The position numbers and the translations under genes were made by a program. Positions 31,121 to 42,433 of a stretch of 64,000 nt of DNA are shown here, one piece after another. Under the pieces are notes generated by a model. The model saw nothing but the letters and a program-made list of their open reading frames with translations, was not told where the DNA came from and made no database searches. Source of the stretch: Leptolyngbyaceae cyanobacterium (GTDB taxonomy: Bacteria; Cyanobacteriota; Cyanobacteriia; Phormidesmidales; Phormidesmidaceae); assembly GCA_965263355.1 (NCBI GenBank), contig CBDHHL010000032.1, positions 768,001 through 832,000 of the forward strand, in the 5' to 3' direction. Position 1 is the first letter of the stretch. Every line of letters begins with the position of its first letter.

Positions 31121-31654
31121 CTAATTGCCAAAATTCCAACCAACACCTGCTTGCACTGCTGTTGCCGTGCCGCCGCCATCTTCAAAGGCATCAAAGGCAA
31201 ATATAGCGTTGCCAAAGACCACCAGGTTACTGGCAGGAATGGCAAAATCTACACCAGGTTGCAACACAAATGCTGTTTCATCACCCACAGGGGACGCATC
31301 ATCCCCTGTGGGGATAGAAACACCAGCCCCTAGATAGATATCTGTTTGCCAACTAACCGGAAAGTCATAGGAAACGGTTGGCACCAGGGCAAGATCCCCA
31401 TTTAACAAAAAGGCCTGAGCCCGCAGCGAAATGGGAACCGCTAATAATTTATAGCGACCGGAAACAACCAGACCAATGCCGTCACCGTCGCCATTGTCAT
31501 CATCGTTTAGGCCAAGGGTCCCCCCCAGGCCAACATAACTGCCATAGGCCGCTTGAGCTTGAGCTGGTTTAACATCTAACGCAGTTATCAATGCCGTTGC
31601 TGTGACAGCAGCTAGGCTCAAACGCCCTAGCGTGGTTTTAAGCAGGCTGATCAT
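31121..31654 (-). CDS. Small outer-membrane beta-barrel protein
   Basis: Signal peptide AQA; SYVGLGG, YLGAGVS, QAGVGWNF strands. Confidence 0.8.
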   Translation of the reverse strand: MISLLKTTLGRLSLAAVTATALITALDVKPAQAQAAYGSYVGLGGTLGLNDDDNGDGDGIGLVVSGRYKLLAVPISLRAQAFLLNGDLALVPTVSYDFPVSWQTDIYLGAGVSIPTGDDASPVGDETAFVLQPGVDFAIPASNLVVFGNAIFAFDAFEDGGGTATAVQAGVGWNFGN

Positions 31655-31848
31655 TGTTCCTCACTCCTTAGATAATGTCCCTAACAATTTCTGAAGACTG
31701 CCACTTCAGAAGACTGCTGCTTGAAGACTGCGCCCGATTGCCAAATGCAAAGCTCACCCTACCTTTAGCAGGGCTATGCCTACAAATAAAATATGAGAGC
31801 GCCACAAAGTTAACGCGTTGCTGGGAAAATGTCAAAGTTTTTTTTGAT

Positions 31849-34800
31849 TTAGCCCGTATTCCGCATCCCGGCAGCAATGCCATTAATGGTGAGCATGGCA
31901 CCGCGGAGAAGCTCACCCCGACTGTAGCGTGACTGAATCACCCCCGTTGCCAGAGCGGCTGCATCACGATGCTGTCGTAGCCGCTTAAGGAGTGAGACCT
32001 GTAAGAAGCCGAGGGGAACAATCGTGCCATTACGCAATTGGACTGAGCGTTGCAGCTTAGGATCTCCATCTAACAGGGCCTGATTATCCGTCACCTGCAA
32101 AACCACCTGGCTAGTGAGATGAAATTCTTGGGCAATCTGGTCAAACACTGCCTGAAAGCTTTCTTGGCGCTCTACTAAACCTAGCTCATTGACATAATGC
32201 TGGGCAATTTGTAAGTCGACCTTGGCCAAGGTCATTTCTACTTTAGAAATGGCCATTTTGAAGAAAGGCCACTTGGTGTAGAACGATCGCAACAGCTTGA
32301 GATTCTCTTCAGGGGCTTCGTCGATAAACTCCTTCAGGGCGGTACCAACGCCATACCAAGAAGGCAATAGAAAACGAGCCTGGGTCCAGCTAAACACCCA
32401 AGGAATAGCCCGTAAGCTGGGTAAATCCTTTTTACCGCCACGCCGGGAGGGTCGAGAACTAATCTGGAGCTGGCTGATCTCTTGAATTGGAGTGACATTG
32501 TGGAAAAATTCCACCAGTTCCGGATCTTCGTAAATTAAGGCCCGATAGTGTTGTCTGGAGCACACAGCCAGCTTTTCCATAATGTCTTGCCATGGGGCAA
32601 TCTCATCAAAGCTGTTACTCAACAAACTGGCCTGAACAACCGCTGTAGTGACGGTTTCTAGGTTATATAGAGCTAAATCCTTGAGATTGTACTTAGAGGC
32701 TAAAACTTCTCCCTGTTCTGTGATTTTGATCCGGCCATTAATACTGCGACCGGGTTGGGCCAAAATCGCTTCATAGGCAGGACCACCGCCACGGCCCACC
32801 GAGCCGCCACGGCCATGGAAAATACGGAGGGAAACACCGTACTTTTCGGTCACCTTTTGCAAGGATTGCTGTGCTTTATGGATCTCCCAGTTACTACTCA
32901 GAAAACCAGAGTCCTTATTGCTGTCGGAATAGCCCAGCATCACCTCCTGCAGAGGGACTTCCTCAGCAGCAGGTGTGGTGTAGCCTCCTTGCAACATTGA
33001 TAGGTACAAGGGAAGTTCAAATAACTCTTCCATAACTGCCGTGGAACGGCGTAAGTCAGCCACGGTTTCAAACAATGGCACAATGTGCAGACTGCCGATA
33101 CCTGTAGCTGGGTCATATAGACCGGCTTCTTTACCTAAAAGCAATACTTCCAAAATGTCACTCGCATGATCACTCATGCTAATCACATAGCTACGGCAGA
33201 TATCTTGACCAAACTCTTGGTGCAGTTTACGCACCATATGGAAGGTGTCGATGGCCTCCCTTCCCTTGTCTGAAATCGGTAATTCTCTTGGAATTAAGGG
33301 GCGTCGAGTACTGAGTTCAGCTGTCAGCCACTCAACTTTTTCAGCTTCAGAAAGGTCGTTGTAGAGTTTGGGTAGCTGTAAATACTCAGTGATTTCATGA
33401 ATGGTGTCTGAGTGGCGGGTGCTTTCCTGGCGAATATCCAACTGAGCCAAACTAAACCCGTAAATTTCTACCTGGCTCAGCAAAATATCCAGTTCTCGAC
33501 ATACCAGCCCTGTTTCTTCCAAACTTTGGTGGATTAACTTTAACTCAGCTAGAAATGCCGCTCCAGATTCATATAAAGTCCCTGGTGAGATAACTGTGTC
33601 TTCTTCTTGGAGATAGTCACCGTTGTAGAGCTTTTGACTACGCTTATGGGTGTTTTCCAACCGTTTTTGAACGTAGGCCAGCTTCAGTCGATAGGGCTCT
33701 TGGCGATAGCGAATTGCAAATTCCTCATAGACATCGGGCATTTGCAAGCGATCCTGTTCTAAGGACTCCAACAGGTCAGGTAATACTTCACTCCAATGCA
33801 GGGATGGGCTCAGTAAGCCTGAGAGTTTCTGCACCGATGCCATGTATTTACCCAGCACCAAATTTCGCTGGTATGAAGCAGTTTTCCAGGTAACTTGGGG
33901 AGTCACTGAGGGGTTACCATCGCGATCGCTACCCACCCAGGAACCAAAACGACAAAACCGATGACGAGGCGGTTTCAGACCTGGAAACGTTCTATTAAGA
34001 GCACGGTTGAATCGCTGATATAACTCAGGGATAGCATCAAACAGCACAACGTCAAAGTAGTGCAAGGTGAAATCCACCTCATCCAAGACAGAGGGCTTAA
34101 ATTGGTGTAATTCATCTGTGCGCCACCACAGCCGAATCTCTTCAGTCAGTTCTTCCTCTAGTTGAATAATGTCCCAGGATGAGGTTTGTTCACGCATCCT
34201 TGCCTGTTCTTCAGCCAGGTCCAAACTTCGTAAAATACTGGAGATCCGACGCTGCTTATCACGAATGGTATGACGAACAATCTCAGTCGGATGCGCTGTA
34301 AACACCAGACGCACATCCAACTGGTCAATCAAATTTTGGATATGTCTGGGGGGGACATTAAGCTGGCTAAGGAGGGGGAATAGCCAGTGAAATGTGCCTG
34401 TGCCTCGATGTTTTTGGGCAACGTTAGCAACATCGGTACTGACTAAATTATTTAAGAAGGCATCACCACCGCCAGAAGGGCGCTGGGCGTCACGATTCGC
34501 ACCATTCCTCACCCCATCATTGGCGACGGCTTGATAATGCTTACGCTGATCTTGCTGTTCGTAATGTTGCTCAACAATATTGATTAACTGAAAGTAAAGG
34601 GCAAAGGCCCGAGCCATGCGAATAGCGTCTTCCAGACTCAGTTGCTCAATCAGCTGGAGGGCATTGGCATTATCTAACGCCGGATCTGCCTGACCATCTG
34701 GAGCACACATCCGACGAATATTTTTGAGCAAGCTTACCAGGTCTGCTCCGCATTCGGTCTCTAAAACTGATTCCCATATGCTTTCAACCGTGCTTAGACG

Positions 34801-34896
34801 GTGCCTTAGAAACGCTTCAGATGCCTCCTCCGGAACGGAACGGGGCTCGGATTTCGTTAGGACCATATCATCTTGGTAGGAAACAGTTGGACTCAT
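31849..34896 (-). CDS. ppc: Phosphoenolpyruvate carboxylase
   Basis: [45 protein letters not shown]-terminal MRNTG. Confidence 0.99.
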   Translation of the reverse strand: MSPTVSYQDDMVLTKSEPRSVPEEASEAFLRHRLSTVESIWESVLETECGADLVSLLKNIRRMCAPDGQADPALDNANALQLIEQLSLEDAIRMARAFALYFQLINIVEQHYEQQDQRKHYQAVANDGVRNGANRDAQRPSGGGDAFLNNLVSTDVANVAQKHRGTGTFHWLFPLLSQLNVPPRHIQNLIDQLDVRLVFTAHPTEIVRHTIRDKQRRISSILRSLDLAEEQARMREQTSSWDIIQLEEELTEEIRLWWRTDELHQFKPSVLDEVDFTLHYFDVVLFDAIPELYQRFNRALNRTFPGLKPPRHRFCRFGSWVGSDRDGNPSVTPQVTWKTASYQRNLVLGKYMASVQKLSGLLSPSLHWSEVLPDLLESLEQDRLQMPDVYEEFAIRYRQEPYRLKLAYVQKRLENTHKRSQKLYNGDYLQEEDTVISPGTLYESGAAFLAELKLIHQSLEETGLVCRELDILLSQVEIYGFSLAQLDIRQESTRHSDTIHEITEYLQLPKLYNDLSEAEKVEWLTAELSTRRPLIPRELPISDKGREAIDTFHMVRKLHQEFGQDICRSYVISMSDHASDILEVLLLGKEAGLYDPATGIGSLHIVPLFETVADLRRSTAVMEELFELPLYLSMLQGGYTTPAAEEVPLQEVMLGYSDSNKDSGFLSSNWEIHKAQQSLQKVTEKYGVSLRIFHGRGGSVGRGGGPAYEAILAQPGRSINGRIKITEQGEVLASKYNLKDLALYNLETVTTAVVQASLLSNSFDEIAPWQDIMEKLAVCSRQHYRALIYEDPELVEFFHNVTPIQEISQLQISSRPSRRGGKKDLPSLRAIPWVFSWTQARFLLPSWYGVGTALKEFIDEAPEENLKLLRSFYTKWPFFKMAISKVEMTLAKVDLQIAQHYVNELGLVERQESFQAVFDQIAQEFHLTSQVVLQVTDNQALLDGDPKLQRSVQLRNGTIVPLGFLQVSLLKRLRQHRDAAALATGVIQSRYSRGELLRGAMLTINGIAAGMRNTG

Positions 34897-35015
34897 TCAA
34901 CGTCTGTAGTAACGGCTGAAAGACAGGCGTACCCCATTTTCGGAATCTCCGAGAAAATTGTAGAGGCTTTCGGACGTTCCAAAGCATTTTCGGATCGGAT
35001 GATCGACAAAAATGT

Positions 35016-35246
35016 TTATAAAGGTCTGTGGGGATCAGCGTCTAAAACGGGCAACTGAATACCCCGAAATACCTCTTCACTGGCCATACCAAACTGCATC
35101 AGCCAATAAGTCAAGGCACGACCTACGATCAATAATCCCAGACAGGGAAATGTGGCTAAGGCTAGCCCAAGTTTAGGATTGTTAACCAACGTAAACGACA
35201 GATTGTTTACAGGTTTCTGGGTAGATTTTTCACGAAAAGGTTGCAT
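35016..35246 (-). CDS. Small conserved hypothetical membrane protein (alternative start 35309)
   Basis: ALATFP...GMASEEVFRG.QLPVL; one hydrophobic helix. Confidence 0.65.
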   Translation of the reverse strand: MQPFREKSTQKPVNNLSFTLVNNPKLGLALATFPCLGLLIVGRALTYWLMQFGMASEEVFRGIQLPVLDADPHRPL

Positions 35247-35545
35247 TAGTAAGGTGCTCGTAGTAAACGTATAGCAACTTGGAAAATATGATTGCCAATA
35301 CTGGCACATTTATGCTGTGACAGGTCCTTTATTTTGAAGGCAGGGGCAGGGGCTATTTCCAACCTAGCAGGTGCTAATAATTCTAGATGCAGTTTTCACC
35401 GTAAATATTGCAGAAATATTGCGAACTGTATATCGACCCATAGGCCCAAATTAAGGAACTGCTACTTGACTAAACTTACTTGGGAAACTACATTTTGGCG
35501 GTCGAAGTGTTTTGGTTCTCGAACTGTTATGGGATCTGAGGGGCT

Positions 35546-38500
35546 ATGTTCAGTCACGTAAAATCTGATCAACCATCGACATTGGCCCCCACGGCATTGT
35601 TGCCCTGGCTTGAGGACGTGGTTAATAGGGCAGAGTGCACCTTGAAGCTCAAGCTAAGAGGCAACATTCTGCATATTTATGCTCAATCTACTGATGGGCT
35701 AGATCGGGAATATGTTTTATTGCGATTGGTGCGATCGCTCCTGGACCCAGACCGCGAAGCATCAGTCATTAAAGAATTTCCTCAAATTTATCAGCTCTAC
35801 TTCTACAGTGGCCGTTCGGAAGAGCAAAAGCCCGATTGGTCGACACCTATTTATCTAAATCGTCTGGAGCGTCATTTAGAGCAATTGGTGGAAACCAGTG
35901 CCGATCTGGAGGAAATGAAGCGTTCAACCGCTCATTTAACCTCAGGTATTGGATATTTAGATGATGCTACATCGGCCATTGTGCTCTCCAACGCCAGTTT
36001 GGCTCGTAAAGGAGACCCGGATGCGATCGCACGGTACCTGAGCCAAACCCTGAGTTCCTTAGATGTGGGGGTAGATGTCGTAGTCAACGCCATTCCGGGT
36101 AAGGCTAAGCGAGCCCAAGGGGTGATTACAGCCGCAACAACAGTTGACCCCAGCCAGGAACTAATCAACCGCCTGTGGATTTTGTGCCGAGCCGCCTACA
36201 GCCCTGATCCGGCGATGATTGCCGAACCGACAGCACAGCGGTTGCGGGACCTGAAGCTAACTCAATTTCAAGATGCGGTGATTTCGGTGCAGGTGCTCGG
36301 GGAAGATAACCCCGACTGGCGGCTGCGGGTGGACTTGACACCGGATGAAGAAATTCTCAAAGAGTGGAGCCGTTGGGGGGATACGGAGTCGATTAGTCGA
36401 TTACTGAATCAGGCATTAGCCCCGCTGGATATCAGCGTCTCACCGGAGGTCAAGGACTCTACATTGCACTTGGTGTGCCAGCCGTTGGCAACGGGTCAAA
36501 CCACCGTAGCTTCATCAGACGATGAGTCTGCCGCTGGGGATGCTGAGGCAGCCGTTATTGATGCGATCGCGCCCCCGCTCGAACAGCTTGCCCCCCAGGG
36601 GGTGAGCCGGGCCATAGTCTATGGTCCTAGTTTAGATGGGGTTAATCCAGTGTGGCTTAAGTGCCTGGACTTACCGGCCAGTGAGCATTTGGACCTGGCC
36701 ATTCCCACCACTGAGCTGGCTCGCCAGGGTGATTTACCTGCCGTTGCCTACTGTTTGACCAAGCAGCTTAATCCTGATTTAGACGAGCAGCTATCGACTG
36801 GTGGTATTCGTGTGCAGTTGTTGACACGAGAACAACGATTGCACATCATGATTGACGGCCCGGTCTGTCCGCCTCGACGGCAAGTAGTGCCACAACTAAA
36901 ACAGTATCTGCTCGAGCATCCCATCAAAGGGCTAGTAGGTTTTCGCATTTACGGGCGGCGGGCGGGGCAAAAGCGGCCCGACTGGAATTATGGCTATGAC
37001 CGACAACCTAAAAAGCGTTTAGTCCCAGAAGCCGCTCCTGAGTTTGCGGCATCCGATGCGTATTTAGAAGATTTAATTGAACCAGATAACGAGGTCAGTG
37101 CAGAGACCTGGAGTCAACCTTGGTCCCACCGATTGGTTGAGCAGGTACGGATGCTGTTGATTAAAACTCAGTTGTTTGCCTCAGCTACCACCAACCCTGA
37201 GGACCCATTAGTGGGTACTCGCTTGCCCGGGAAACAGAGAATAGCGATCGCTTGGACCGCGCTGGGATTACTATTGGCGTTTCAGGCAGATTGGATTGCA
37301 GGCCAGTTATTTAAGGCCCAGTCACTGGCCATAAAGGCCCAGCAAACCTCCTCCTCAACAGCTCGGCAAAATCAAAAGCCATCCACCTTTGAAGAAGAAC
37401 TCGCCAAGCTAAACTGGGGGCCAAAAGACGGGGATGCGTCCATTACATTGAATGGTGCGGTACCAGGGTTTGCTAGCTCATCTATCAATGATAACGATTT
37501 GATTGGCAGCCCCCTGCAAACAACGGTTTCCATGGCTGATGTATTGGCAAACTCGCCATTTCCATCCTTTAAAAGCCAGCAGCTAAATGAAAAACTGGCC
37601 CTTTATGACTGGCACGTATCTGAAGAAGGGGTGCCTGATGTATTGGTATTTGGCAGCTCCCGAGCACTGCGGGGGGTGGATCCAGCAGCCCTAAGACGGG
37701 CTTTGGGAACCCTGGGCCACGAAGATGTCAGTATTTTTAATTTCGGGGTAAATGGAGCCACAGCTCAGATAGCGGATCTAGTAGTTCGACAGCTGCTGAC
37801 TAGTTATCCATTGCCAAAGATAATTATCTGGGCCGATGGAGCGCGGGCATTTAATAGCTCACGGGTGGATGTGACCTTTAATGCGATCTCAACCTCAGAA
37901 GGCTATCAGCAATTGATTACGGGTGAACTCTTTCCTGACGGTGCTGGTCAAATGACTGGCTCGCTCATAAATCCTGCCGAGCAACTTAACCGCTTTTACA
38001 CCCGTACCGATCAGCAATTAAGTGATGCCCTAGGACAGATCTCTTCAGCCTATGGAGAACGGTTTCGTCTGCAAAAGTTAACTCAGTTCAGTCCGCCCAA
38101 TTCTAATACCCCATCAAAATCGGCTGCCATTAACCCAACAGAAACCGATTTAATTGATGCCGATGGATTTCTGCCCCTGGCAATTCAATTTAATCCAGCC
38201 ACGTATTACTTAGCTCATCCACGTGTCGCAGGGGCATACGATGGCGACTACAAAGCCTTTCAGATGGAAGGCCCCCAAATTGATGCCCTGAGACGAATGT
38301 TGGCTTACACCCAAACTGAAAACGTCACCATTGCCTTTGTTAATACGCCCCTGACCGATGAGTACCTTGACCCTGCCCGCCTAGATGTGGAAAGTCGTTT
38401 TCAGCGCTATATGCTGCAATTAGCTGCCCAAGAACCAGGATTGCTGTACCGCGATCTCGGGCAGCTATGGCCCAAACGCTACGACTATTTTTCTGACCCT

Positions 38501-38602
38501 AGTCACCTAAACCGGTTTGGTGCCTATCAACTATCTAATCGTCTGGCGCAGGATCCCATGATTCCTTGGAGCAAACTTAAGTCTCCTACTGATGCAGACT
38601 AG
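35546..38602 (+). CDS. Large membrane-anchored DUF1574 / SGNH-hydrolase-like protein
   Basis: C-terminal FGSSRA, NFGVNGA, FSDPSHLN; one central TM; three N-terminal repeated modules. Confidence 0.8.
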   Translation: MFSHVKSDQPSTLAPTALLPWLEDVVNRAECTLKLKLRGNILHIYAQSTDGLDREYVLLRLVRSLLDPDREASVIKEFPQIYQLYFYSGRSEEQKPDWSTPIYLNRLERHLEQLVETSADLEEMKRSTAHLTSGIGYLDDATSAIVLSNASLARKGDPDAIARYLSQTLSSLDVGVDVVVNAIPGKAKRAQGVITAATTVDPSQELINRLWILCRAAYSPDPAMIAEPTAQRLRDLKLTQFQDAVISVQVLGEDNPDWRLRVDLTPDEEILKEWSRWGDTESISRLLNQALAPLDISVSPEVKDSTLHLVCQPLATGQTTVASSDDESAAGDAEAAVIDAIAPPLEQLAPQGVSRAIVYGPSLDGVNPVWLKCLDLPASEHLDLAIPTTELARQGDLPAVAYCLTKQLNPDLDEQLSTGGIRVQLLTREQRLHIMIDGPVCPPRRQVVPQLKQYLLEHPIKGLVGFRIYGRRAGQKRPDWNYGYDRQPKKRLVPEAAPEFAASDAYLEDLIEPDNEVSAETWSQPWSHRLVEQVRMLLIKTQLFASATTNPEDPLVGTRLPGKQRIAIAWTALGLLLAFQADWIAGQLFKAQSLAIKAQQTSSSTARQNQKPSTFEEELAKLNWGPKDGDASITLNGAVPGFASSSINDNDLIGSPLQTTVSMADVLANSPFPSFKSQQLNEKLALYDWHVSEEGVPDVLVFGSSRALRGVDPAALRRALGTLGHEDVSIFNFGVNGATAQIADLVVRQLLTSYPLPKIIIWADGARAFNSSRVDVTFNAISTSEGYQQLITGELFPDGAGQMTGSLINPAEQLNRFYTRTDQQLSDALGQISSAYGERFRLQKLTQFSPPNSNTPSKSAAINPTETDLIDADGFLPLAIQFNPATYYLAHPRVAGAYDGDYKAFQMEGPQIDALRRMLAYTQTENVTIAFVNTPLTDEYLDPARLDVESRFQRYMLQLAAQEPGLLYRDLGQLWPKRYDYFSDPSHLNRFGAYQLSNRLAQDPMIPWSKLKSPTDAD

Positions 38603-38626
38603 TGAAATATATACAATTTTGCTGCA

Positions 38627-40081
38627 ATGACCTTGCCCTCTATCTTCTACGGTTTATTTCTGCTCAGCACTGGCTTAGTCTATTGGCTGTTACCAGGACG
38701 TGGTCCTAAACTGTGGCTGCTGTTTTTAGCCAGCCTGGTATTTTACGGGTCGTTACAGCTGCAGTATGTCCCGATTTTACTGACTTTGATCTTCGCTAAC
38801 TATTTAATCGGTCGACGTCTCAGCGCCCCCCTAGATTGGCGAATACCCAATGAAGAATGGCATTTTGCTCAGCAGGACTGGGACAGAAAGCGATTGGCGC
38901 TACTGTGGGTTGGCATTAGCTTGAATATATTGCTATTGCTAGGGTTTAAGTATTTTTTTCCGATAGCAGCGACCGTTAACTCGAGTTTTCAACTGCTGAT
39001 GCCCTTGGGACTAAGCTTCTTTTGCTTTGAGTCCATTGCCTATTTAGTAGACATTTATCGTGGAGCCCCTGCAGCCAATCACTTTATTGAATTTGCTGCC
39101 TACAAATTATTTTTTCCAAAGTTGATTGCTGGCCCTATTACTCGATTTCAAAGCTATATCAGCCAAATGAAACACCCCCGCTTCCCTAACCTGGAACAGT
39201 TGGTAGAAGCAGGTTGGCTAATTGCGTCAGGGGCCACCAAAAAACTACTCCTTGCAGATCGTATTGGTCTGCTTGTCAATCTCAGTTTCGATAATCTAGA
39301 ACGGGCTGGCAGTGGTGACCTATGGCTAGCGATCTTTGCTTATGGTCTGCAGCTTTACCTCGACTTTAGTGGCTATGTGGATATTGCCCGAGGTAGTGCC
39401 CTACTGTTAGGCATTCAGCTCCCCCAAAATTTTGACTTTCCCTATTTCACTACCAGCATTGCTGATTTTTGGCGACGGTGGCACATCACTCTAGGTGACT
39501 GGCTCCGCAACTATCTTTACTTTCCCTTAGGTGGGTCTCGCAAAGGTTTAGGTAGAACTTGCCTAAACCTACTAATTGTGATGCTGGTAGCTGGTATTTG
39601 GCATGGCGATCAGTGGGGATTTCTCATTTGGGGAGGACTCCACGGTTTAGCTTTGATTATTCACCGGCTAAATCACACATTGGCCGACACACGCACCGGG
39701 CTAAAAGCCTTTTGGTCTAGTTGGCCCGGTGCTGTCAGCGCCTGGGCATTTACCCAACTGTTTGTATTCCTAAGCTGGGTACCTTTCCGACTACCAAACC
39801 CTCAAGATTTAGGGCTAGCCGCCAGTCGCTTTTTCAATCAGGCAGCAGATATACAATTCGCCCAAAAAGTTTACCTAGAATCTTTGGGGATTAGCCGTGT
39901 GGGCATTATCGTCATGTTACTTGGACTAACAGGCATTATGGCATTGCTTCATGGTTTCAGGTACCGACTCAAGCTACAAATTAGCTGGCCCTTAAAACTA
40001 ATGTTTATTCCGGTTGGTCTATACTTTGCTTGGCTATTAGCCCCGATTGAAACCGTGCCCTACATATACTTTGAGTTTTAG
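38627..40081 (+). CDS. MBOAT family O-acyltransferase (AlgI/PatA/DltB-like)
   Basis: PLGLSFF, DFSGY, FWRRWHITL, GIWHG, C-terminal YIYFEF. Confidence 0.95.
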   Translation: MTLPSIFYGLFLLSTGLVYWLLPGRGPKLWLLFLASLVFYGSLQLQYVPILLTLIFANYLIGRRLSAPLDWRIPNEEWHFAQQDWDRKRLALLWVGISLNILLLLGFKYFFPIAATVNSSFQLLMPLGLSFFCFESIAYLVDIYRGAPAANHFIEFAAYKLFFPKLIAGPITRFQSYISQMKHPRFPNLEQLVEAGWLIASGATKKLLLADRIGLLVNLSFDNLERAGSGDLWLAIFAYGLQLYLDFSGYVDIARGSALLLGIQLPQNFDFPYFTTSIADFWRRWHITLGDWLRNYLYFPLGGSRKGLGRTCLNLLIVMLVAGIWHGDQWGFLIWGGLHGLALIIHRLNHTLADTRTGLKAFWSSWPGAVSAWAFTQLFVFLSWVPFRLPNPQDLGLAASRFFNQAADIQFAQKVYLESLGISRVGIIVMLLGLTGIMALLHGFRYRLKLQISWPLKLMFIPVGLYFAWLLAPIETVPYIYFEF

Positions 40082-40462
40082 CTGTAAGCTTGAACCTGGA
40101 ATTTAGACGTTAGTTCATAGTTGATTTCTATGCCCTAATTTTTTTAACCATCGGTCCAGGAACTAGATGCTTGGCTCCACCGTAACTTCTGACTTATTGC
40201 AATTCGAAAGACTTAGTTAGATTTATTGCTAACAGGCATTACTGGCATCCTTAATTAGCTGACGTCTGACTGCATCATTTAGACAAACTTTCCAATTCCA
40301 AGCTGTCCATTGTTTTATGAGAGCTGTTTTAACAGTTCTCATTATTTGGATGATTAGCAAATTTTATTTAAGCCGACATCATTTAGCAAAAGCCTTTGTC
40401 ACGTGGGGAGTTCGAAACTTTAGACAGATATCAGCCAAGCTGGAATTAATTGCTAAGCAATG

Positions 40463-40491
40463 TTGCAAAAAACAAATTGTAACGTTATATT
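40463..40491 (+). promoter_or_regulatory. Candidate sigma70-type psbA promoter
   Basis: TTGCAA-N17-TATATT, 78 nt upstream of the ATG. Confidence 0.55.
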
Positions 40492-40569
40492 TATATACAA
40501 GCGAGCAGGGAATATTATTTCCTCCCTGTAAGCCATACATACCGTACCTTTACAACGCAATAATTCATC

Positions 40570-41652
40570 ATGACGACTACTCTACAGCAGCGCGAAAGCG
40601 CTAACCTGTGGGATCAGTTTTGTGAGTGGGTTACTAGCACTGAGAACCGCCTTTATGTAGGTTGGTTTGGCGTACTAATGATCCCCACACTACTTGCTGC
40701 CACTGCATGTTTCGTAATTGCCTTCATCGCTGCTCCTCCCGTTGACATTGACGGTATCCGCGAGCCCGTTGCTGGTTCTCTCATCTTGGGTAACAACATC
40801 ATTTCTGGTGCAGTTATTCCTTCTTCCAACGCTATCGGTCTACACTTCTACCCCATCTGGGAAGCAGCTTCTCTAGATGAGTGGTTGTACAACGGTGGCC
40901 CTTACCAGCTAGTAATTTTCCACTTCTTGATCGGTGTATTCTGCTACATGGGTCGTGAGTGGGAACTTTCCTACCGCTTGGGTATGCGTCCTTGGATCTG
41001 TGTTGCTTACTCTGCTCCTGTAGCTGCGGCAACTGCAGTATTCTTGATCTACCCCATCGGTCAGGGTTCTTTCTCTGATGGTATGCCCCTAGGTATCTCC
41101 GGTACGTTCAACTTCATGCTTGTTTTCCAGGCTGAGCACAACATCCTAATGCACCCCTTCCACATGTTGGGTGTGGCGGGTGTATTCGGTGGTTCCTTGT
41201 TCTCCGCTATGCACGGTTCTCTAGTGACTTCCTCCTTGGTTCGTGAGACCACTGAGACTGAGTCTTTGAACTATGGTTACAAGTTTGGTCAGGAAGAAGA
41301 GACTTACAACATTGTTGCAGCTCACGGCTACTTCGGTCGTTTGATCTTCCAGTATGCTTCCTTCAACAACAGCCGTTCCTTGCACTTCTTCTTGGGTGCA
41401 TGGCCTGTAGTTGGTATCTGGTTCACTGCACTGGGTATTTCCACTATGGCGTTCAACTTGAACGGTTTCAACTTCAACCAGTCCATCATCGACTCTCAGG
41501 GTCGTGTTGTCAGCACTTGGGCTGATGTAATCAACCGTGCCAACCTAGGTATGGAAGTAATGCACGAGCGTAACGCTCACAACTTCCCTCTAGACTTGGC
41601 TGCTGGTGAAGCTGCTCCTGTTGCAATGGTTGCTCCTCAAATCAACGCTTAG
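40570..41652 (+). CDS. psbA: Photosystem II D1 protein (Glu130 form)
   Basis: 360-aa canonical D1 sequence, [13 protein letters not shown], strong codon bias. Confidence 0.99.
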   Translation: MTTTLQQRESANLWDQFCEWVTSTENRLYVGWFGVLMIPTLLAATACFVIAFIAAPPVDIDGIREPVAGSLILGNNIISGAVIPSSNAIGLHFYPIWEAASLDEWLYNGGPYQLVIFHFLIGVFCYMGREWELSYRLGMRPWICVAYSAPVAAATAVFLIYPIGQGSFSDGMPLGISGTFNFMLVFQAEHNILMHPFHMLGVAGVFGGSLFSAMHGSLVTSSLVRETTETESLNYGYKFGQEEETYNIVAAHGYFGRLIFQYASFNNSRSLHFFLGAWPVVGIWFTALGISTMAFNLNGFNFNQSIIDSQGRVVSTWADVINRANLGMEVMHERNAHNFPLDLAAGEAAPVAMVAPQINA

Positions 41653-41695
41653 TCAATTTGATGTAATTGCAATTGAGCTAATTTAACTTAGCCGC

Positions 41696-41724
41696 GAAAG
41701 CACCTCTCACTTGGGGGTGCTTTC
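41696..41724 (+). terminator. psbA terminator hairpin
   Basis: GAAAGCACCTC...GGGGTGCTTTC. Confidence 0.8.
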
Positions 41725-41780
41725 TGCGTTTAAAGCAGTTTTTTAACACAGTTGTCATAATTACCTATAAGGTTGCTCTA

Positions 41781-41849
41781 AACTACGTCTAAGTTGAAAC
41801 CTGGAGGTTTCTCTAGGTCAAAACGACCGTTCTAGGCGTGGACGAGGTT
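41781..41849 (+). mobile_element. 69-bp dispersed element, copy B
   Basis: TA-AACTACGTCTAAGTTGAAACC...AAAACGACCGTTCTAGGCGTGGACGAGGTT-TA. Confidence 0.8.
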
Positions 41850-42011
41850 TAATTCCTGGCCCCTGAGCTGATCGTTAGATGATGTAGTGAGGTAGATGCG
41901 ATTATAGACACCAACGTTCTATTATTAGGACATTCCTCAATAAAGTGTTTTCCTGCCATCATGCTTTGCTCGCCTAGTTACGGCATACTCAATGCAGATA
42001 GCGTTTTAGTT

Positions 42012-42368
42012 ATGTTAGATATTGAATTTTTTAGTAGTGATAAGCAACCAATGTGTCGTGTACAGGTAGCTGACACGTTTTTGCTATGGCTTGCCCGCAC
42101 TGATTTTGCCCGGATTGGTGAGGAGGCTGCTACGGATTTATCTATCAATGGCGAACGCTTGACGCTACCGCTGGTAAAACTAGCACCAGCAACTCGCAAA
42201 ACGTTTATAGAGTTCTTTACAGAGTCCGTAGTACTTCATACGAAGCAAATACTTTTACAGTTAGAGCAAGATAAACCCCAGGCAGAATTGGTGTATCGCT
42301 TAAAAAAGCTAATTGAGTTATTAGATTGTTTAAAAAACGAGGATTATCAATACTTACAGCGGGTTTAA
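42012..42368 (+). CDS. Hypothetical protein (alternative start 41961)
   Basis: 118-aa ORF with protein-like composition; no family recognised. Confidence 0.65.
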   Translation: MLDIEFFSSDKQPMCRVQVADTFLLWLARTDFARIGEEAATDLSINGERLTLPLVKLAPATRKTFIEFFTESVVLHTKQILLQLEQDKPQAELVYRLKKLIELLDCLKNEDYQYLQRV

Positions 42369-42433
42369 TTCGAAAGCCTGGTTACCGACCCTTGGTGTTG
42401 CAGGGCAACCATGAGAGATTGCCCCTAGGCTGC

